Part shown: positions 62,005-63,850 of the stretch, piece by piece | Layout of the letters: each line of letters starts with the position of its first letter | Position numbering within the stretch: position 1 is the first letter of the stretch | Notes under the pieces: generated by a model | The model's database searches: none | Seen by the model: the letters and a program-made list of their open reading frames with translations, nothing else | What the model was told of the DNA's origin: nothing | Position numbers and translations under genes: made by a program | From: Amoebophrya sp. A120 | Lineage: Eukaryota; Protista; Dinoflagellata | Assembly (NCBI GenBank): GCA_905178155.1 | Contig: CAJINV010000002.1 | Coordinates: 7,098,893-7,162,742, forward strand | DNA length: 63,850 nt | Direction: 5' to 3'

Positions 62005-63850
62005 TTGGTTTGTTCTGCAGCTAGTGGAGGTCTTCCGCTCGACAATGATTGGCACGGTAGTTCTACTACAACTTGGAAGTTTTGTCTATCATGGGAGCTG
62101 CGGGTGGCAATTTTGGATACCAGCAATGGCGGGACCTGCGCGTCTCGCCAAAACGTTCTGGCACCACCAAGTGCGTCCTTTTCATGCACGATCAGTGATG
62201 TAGCGGCAATCGTGAATCGTCGTCGTCCACTTCACCGTCCGCTGTGTTTACAAGAAAGCTCGGACGATCCACAAGTTAATCGCAGCGTCTTGTGGTTCTC
62301 GATCGTAGAACTTGTTCGCGGGTGTCGCGCCGCTTGGCTTAGTACCATGTTGGGAGCGGGTTCTTCTAGAGCTGGCGCCAACGCAGCAATGGTGACAACT
62401 TCATCATCTTCCTCCCGTAGTGAGCGCGATTCGTGCAACAATGTGGCTGCCGGTGGCGAGGTGGAGCTTCAAGACATGAGCCTGGGAGGGTTCCTACTGG
62501 CCGCAGAAGGACGGGGATACGAGCCATGTCTAAGAACTACGGACCATGATCATCTCGCTGGTGCGGCCTACGCACTGTCTGCTGGAGCAGGGAAAATAAA
62601 CGATCGGCGCCTGACCTTTCCCTCTGCAAGCGTCTCGTCTGGAATAGACGATGTCGATGTGATGAACAGAGGAAGGCAAAAATCGGCACAGATCAAGAAC
62701 AACAGGTCAAAGAAAACCACTTTTCTCTCACGGATACAGACCAGTTGCGCAACCACCTTCCGGTGCTGCCCCTGCGGAAAAAGATCAGTGCTGGCTGAAG
62801 AGTTGTCACAAAGAAAAACAAGTAGCGAACCGACGAAATTCGTCGTGACGGTGATAATTTTGATTTGGCTTTTCTTTGCGGTGAACCAGATTTGCGCGAA
62901 CCGCCGCTTCACGCGCGTTCTCGGCACGGAGCCTTGGTTTAAGATCTCTCAGCCTACGTTGTGCTGTACCGGATGCTTCTTCCTTTGCTGCTTCTTCAGC
63001 TTCTTTACGGACAGGTTTAAACCTCTGTTGCCCGGCACGGACTTGTGGCGAAGCAGGGCGAAGAACAGGAGCTGCGCCGATCAGCAGGCCGCGGTGGGGG
63101 GCACAGAAGAACATGCTGTGCCGAAGTTCGGAGCAGAAGGAGGGCGGGCTGCAAGGACAAGAAGTAAGAGCAACAGAAGAAAAAAGAAGAAGGCGAGATT
63201 AGCAAAGCTGCGACTGCAGACGGGCAGTGCCAATAGCACAATCCCTGCAGGTGGGATTGGATTTGGAGGAAATAGTGGCGAAATTGAGATGCGCAACTTC
63301 CAAAAGACCTGCAACGGTAAAGATCTAGAGTCAAGTAGAGCATCTACTTCTGGAGAGTCGTACACATCAAGCGAAGATGAAGGAAGTTCTTCTAGTGTGT
63401 CTTCTTCTTCTGACAGCGACGAAGATGTGGACGAAAAAGCAACAGGCACTCGTCCTGCAGGGCAAGGACACTTGCATCATGGTGCGAGGACTGACAAAAA
63501 CCAGTTTCTCGTAAACCAAGATCCTACCCCAAGTAGTGCGCGAGGCAAGAACACGACCGCGACAAGACCTCCGCTCCTAATTGCAGGCACGCCTGGCGCA
63601 CCAGCGGATAAAGACGTCGATGACATGGAAAACGATAATAATGACGATAGCCCCCCACTGATTATTCCTAGCTACCAATACAAGGGGGTCTATCGCTCGC
63701 CTGCAGCCATCAAGTTCCGCGAATACGGCGGCACAAGCAGCGAGGGGGAGGATACCGCTTTTGACTTTCTGAAAGACGTCCATGGGAAGTCTGAGAAGGA
63801 AAAAAGAGAAGCAGAAAGATTGGCTCAAAAACGCAACAAAGCGATTGCGC
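62005..63850 (+). CDS. Partial hypothetical membrane protein running off the window end (not in the ORF track)
   Basis: Manual translation shows no stop from 62005 to 63850. First ATG 62347; possible acceptor TTCTGCAG at 62020. Hydrophobic segments FVVTVIILIWLFFAV and LCCTGCFFLCCFFSFF. Confidence 0.75.
   Translation, partial: MVCSAASGGLPLDNDWHGSSTTTWKFCLSWELRVAILDTSNGGTCASRQNVLAPPSASFSCTISDVAAIVNRRRPLHRPLCLQESSDDPQVNRSVLWFSIVELVRGCRAAWLSTMLGAGSSRAGANAAMVTTSSSSSRSERDSCNNVAAGGEVELQDMSLGGFLLAAEGRGYEPCLRTTDHDHLAGAAYALSAGAGKINDRRLTFPSASVSSGIDDVDVMNRGRQKSAQIKNNRSKKTTFLSRIQTSCATTFRCCPCGKRSVLAEELSQRKTSSEPTKFVVTVIILIWLFFAVNQICANRRFTRVLGTEPWFKISQPTLCCTGCFFLCCFFSFFTDRFKPLLPGTDLWRSRAKNRSCADQQAAVGGTEEHAVPKFGAEGGRAARTRSKSNRRKKKKARLAKLRLQTGSANSTIPAGGIGFGGNSGEIEMRNFQKTCNGKDLESSRASTSGESYTSSEDEGSSSSVSSSSDSDEDVDEKATGTRPAGQGHLHHGARTDKNQFLVNQDPTPSSARGKNTTATRPPLLIAGTPGAPADKDVDDMENDNNDDSPPLIIPSYQYKGVYRSPAAIKFREYGGTSSEGEDTAFDFLKDVHGKSEKEKREAERLAQKRNKAIA

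Noticed and set aside
62232-63828. Minus-strand ORFs at the window end
   Set aside because: They are antisense shadows of the long + strand frame 62005-63850.
1-63850. Autonomous transposase, rRNA or tRNA genes
   Set aside because: No DDE, reverse-transcriptase or recombinase motifs and no RNA gene structures were recognised by eye.

Overview
Eukaryotic genomic DNA with about 14 intron-containing protein genes, all on the + strand. Recognisable products are an acylphosphatase, a DUF1295/steroid 5-alpha-reductase-like membrane protein, an ataxin-3-like Josephin-UIM-UBX deubiquitinase, an HD phosphohydrolase, a 4-TM protein and a tandem pair of secreted modular proteins. The main signal is 11 MITE-like insertions inside coding sequence. 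They start with TAT, mostly end in ATA, carry terminal inverted repeats (TIRs), and the best-preserved are flanked by a 5-bp direct repeat, usually NNNGN. Most share an internal GCATNACAA motif. Removing the element plus one repeat copy restores the frame, mostly without GT-AG ends, so they behave as transposon-derived non-canonical introns (introners). Together with the one-strand gene order, this points by inference to an Amoebophrya-like syndinian dinoflagellate. A tandem duplication (about 50434-61313) gives filled and empty sites side by side. The window also has ordinary GT-AG introns, a hairpin-unit satellite, a ~1 kb TIR insert and a ~3.9 kb TIR-bounded GC-rich element with a central foldback. 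All splice models come from DNA only and need RNA confirmation.
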